Below, piece by piece: positions 63,666-64,000 of a stretch of 64,000 nt of DNA (positions are counted from its first letter, which is position 1; every line of letters starts with the position of its first letter). Origin of the DNA: an uncultured Chloroflexia bacterium (GTDB lineage: Bacteria > Chloroflexota > Limnocylindria > Limnocylindrales > CSP1-4); contig CAVXPZ010000001.1 of the NCBI GenBank assembly GCA_963763775.1, positions 160,001-224,000 on the forward strand, given 5' to 3'. The notes below the pieces were generated by a model. That model searched no databases. It was not told the DNA's origin and saw only the letters and a list, made by a program, of their open reading frames with translations. The position numbers were made by a program, and so were the translations under genes.

Positions 63666-63683
63666 GCTGTGCGGCGGGGCGGG

Positions 63684-64000
63684 TCATGCGTCCGGCGCGG
63701 CCGCCAGCCGGCGGAGCACGGCCGGCATGATGCCGCCGCCGACGTAGTAGTCGACGTCGATGGGTCCGTCGAGGCGGGCGATGGCCTCGAACCGCCGCTC
63801 GCGGCCATCGCCACCGGCGGCCGCATCGGCGACGGCGACCACCGTCACCGACTGGCGCGGCGTCGGTCCGCCCTCGAGCCCGAGGATCGAGAAGGTCTCC
63901 CGACCGGTCAGTCCCAGCGACGCGGCGCTGTCGCCCGGCTTGAACTGGAGGGGGAGGACCCCCATCCCGACCAGGTTGGAGCGGTGGATCCGCTCGAAGC
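63684..64000 (-). CDS. acnA: aconitate hydratase C-terminus (partial, runs off the window)
   Basis: FERIHRSNLVGMGVLPLQF...LGLTG.E...RLD...YY..GGI. Confidence 0.93.
   Translation of the reverse strand, partial: FERIHRSNLVGMGVLPLQFKPGDSAASLGLTGRETFSILGLEGGPTPRQSVTVVAVADAAAGGDGRERRFEAIARLDGPIDVDYYVGGGIMPAVLRRLAAAPDA

Overview
High-GC bacterial chromosomal segment, mostly housekeeping genes. Gene content and protein style suggest Chloroflexota, possibly Limnocylindria-like (inference). Left to right: accessory/envelope genes (sulfurtransferase, tRNA-Asn, modAB, IlvD/Edd dehydratase, Pro-Thr surface protein plus GAF-GGDEF-EAL, LemA/GIDE/LiaF-like block, lipid operon); a parAB pair; a propionyl-CoA/methylmalonyl-CoA cluster; TCA genes (sucCD, icd, sdhCDAB, partial acnA); an ECF sigma/anti-sigma pair; rnhA and RNase P RNA; a dcw cluster from mraZ to ftsZ; yggS, DUF167, tRNA-Val and an FGE-family gene. 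About 13 genes, some essential, carry frameshifts that look like long-read indel errors. The strongest novel signal is a non-canonical 16-bp palindrome, GTCCTTGCGCAAAGAC, present three times within 3.2 kb: once inside parB and twice just upstream of parA. The ParB has atypical DNA-recognition residues and DnaA boxes lie nearby, suggesting a ParABS system with a new parS specificity.
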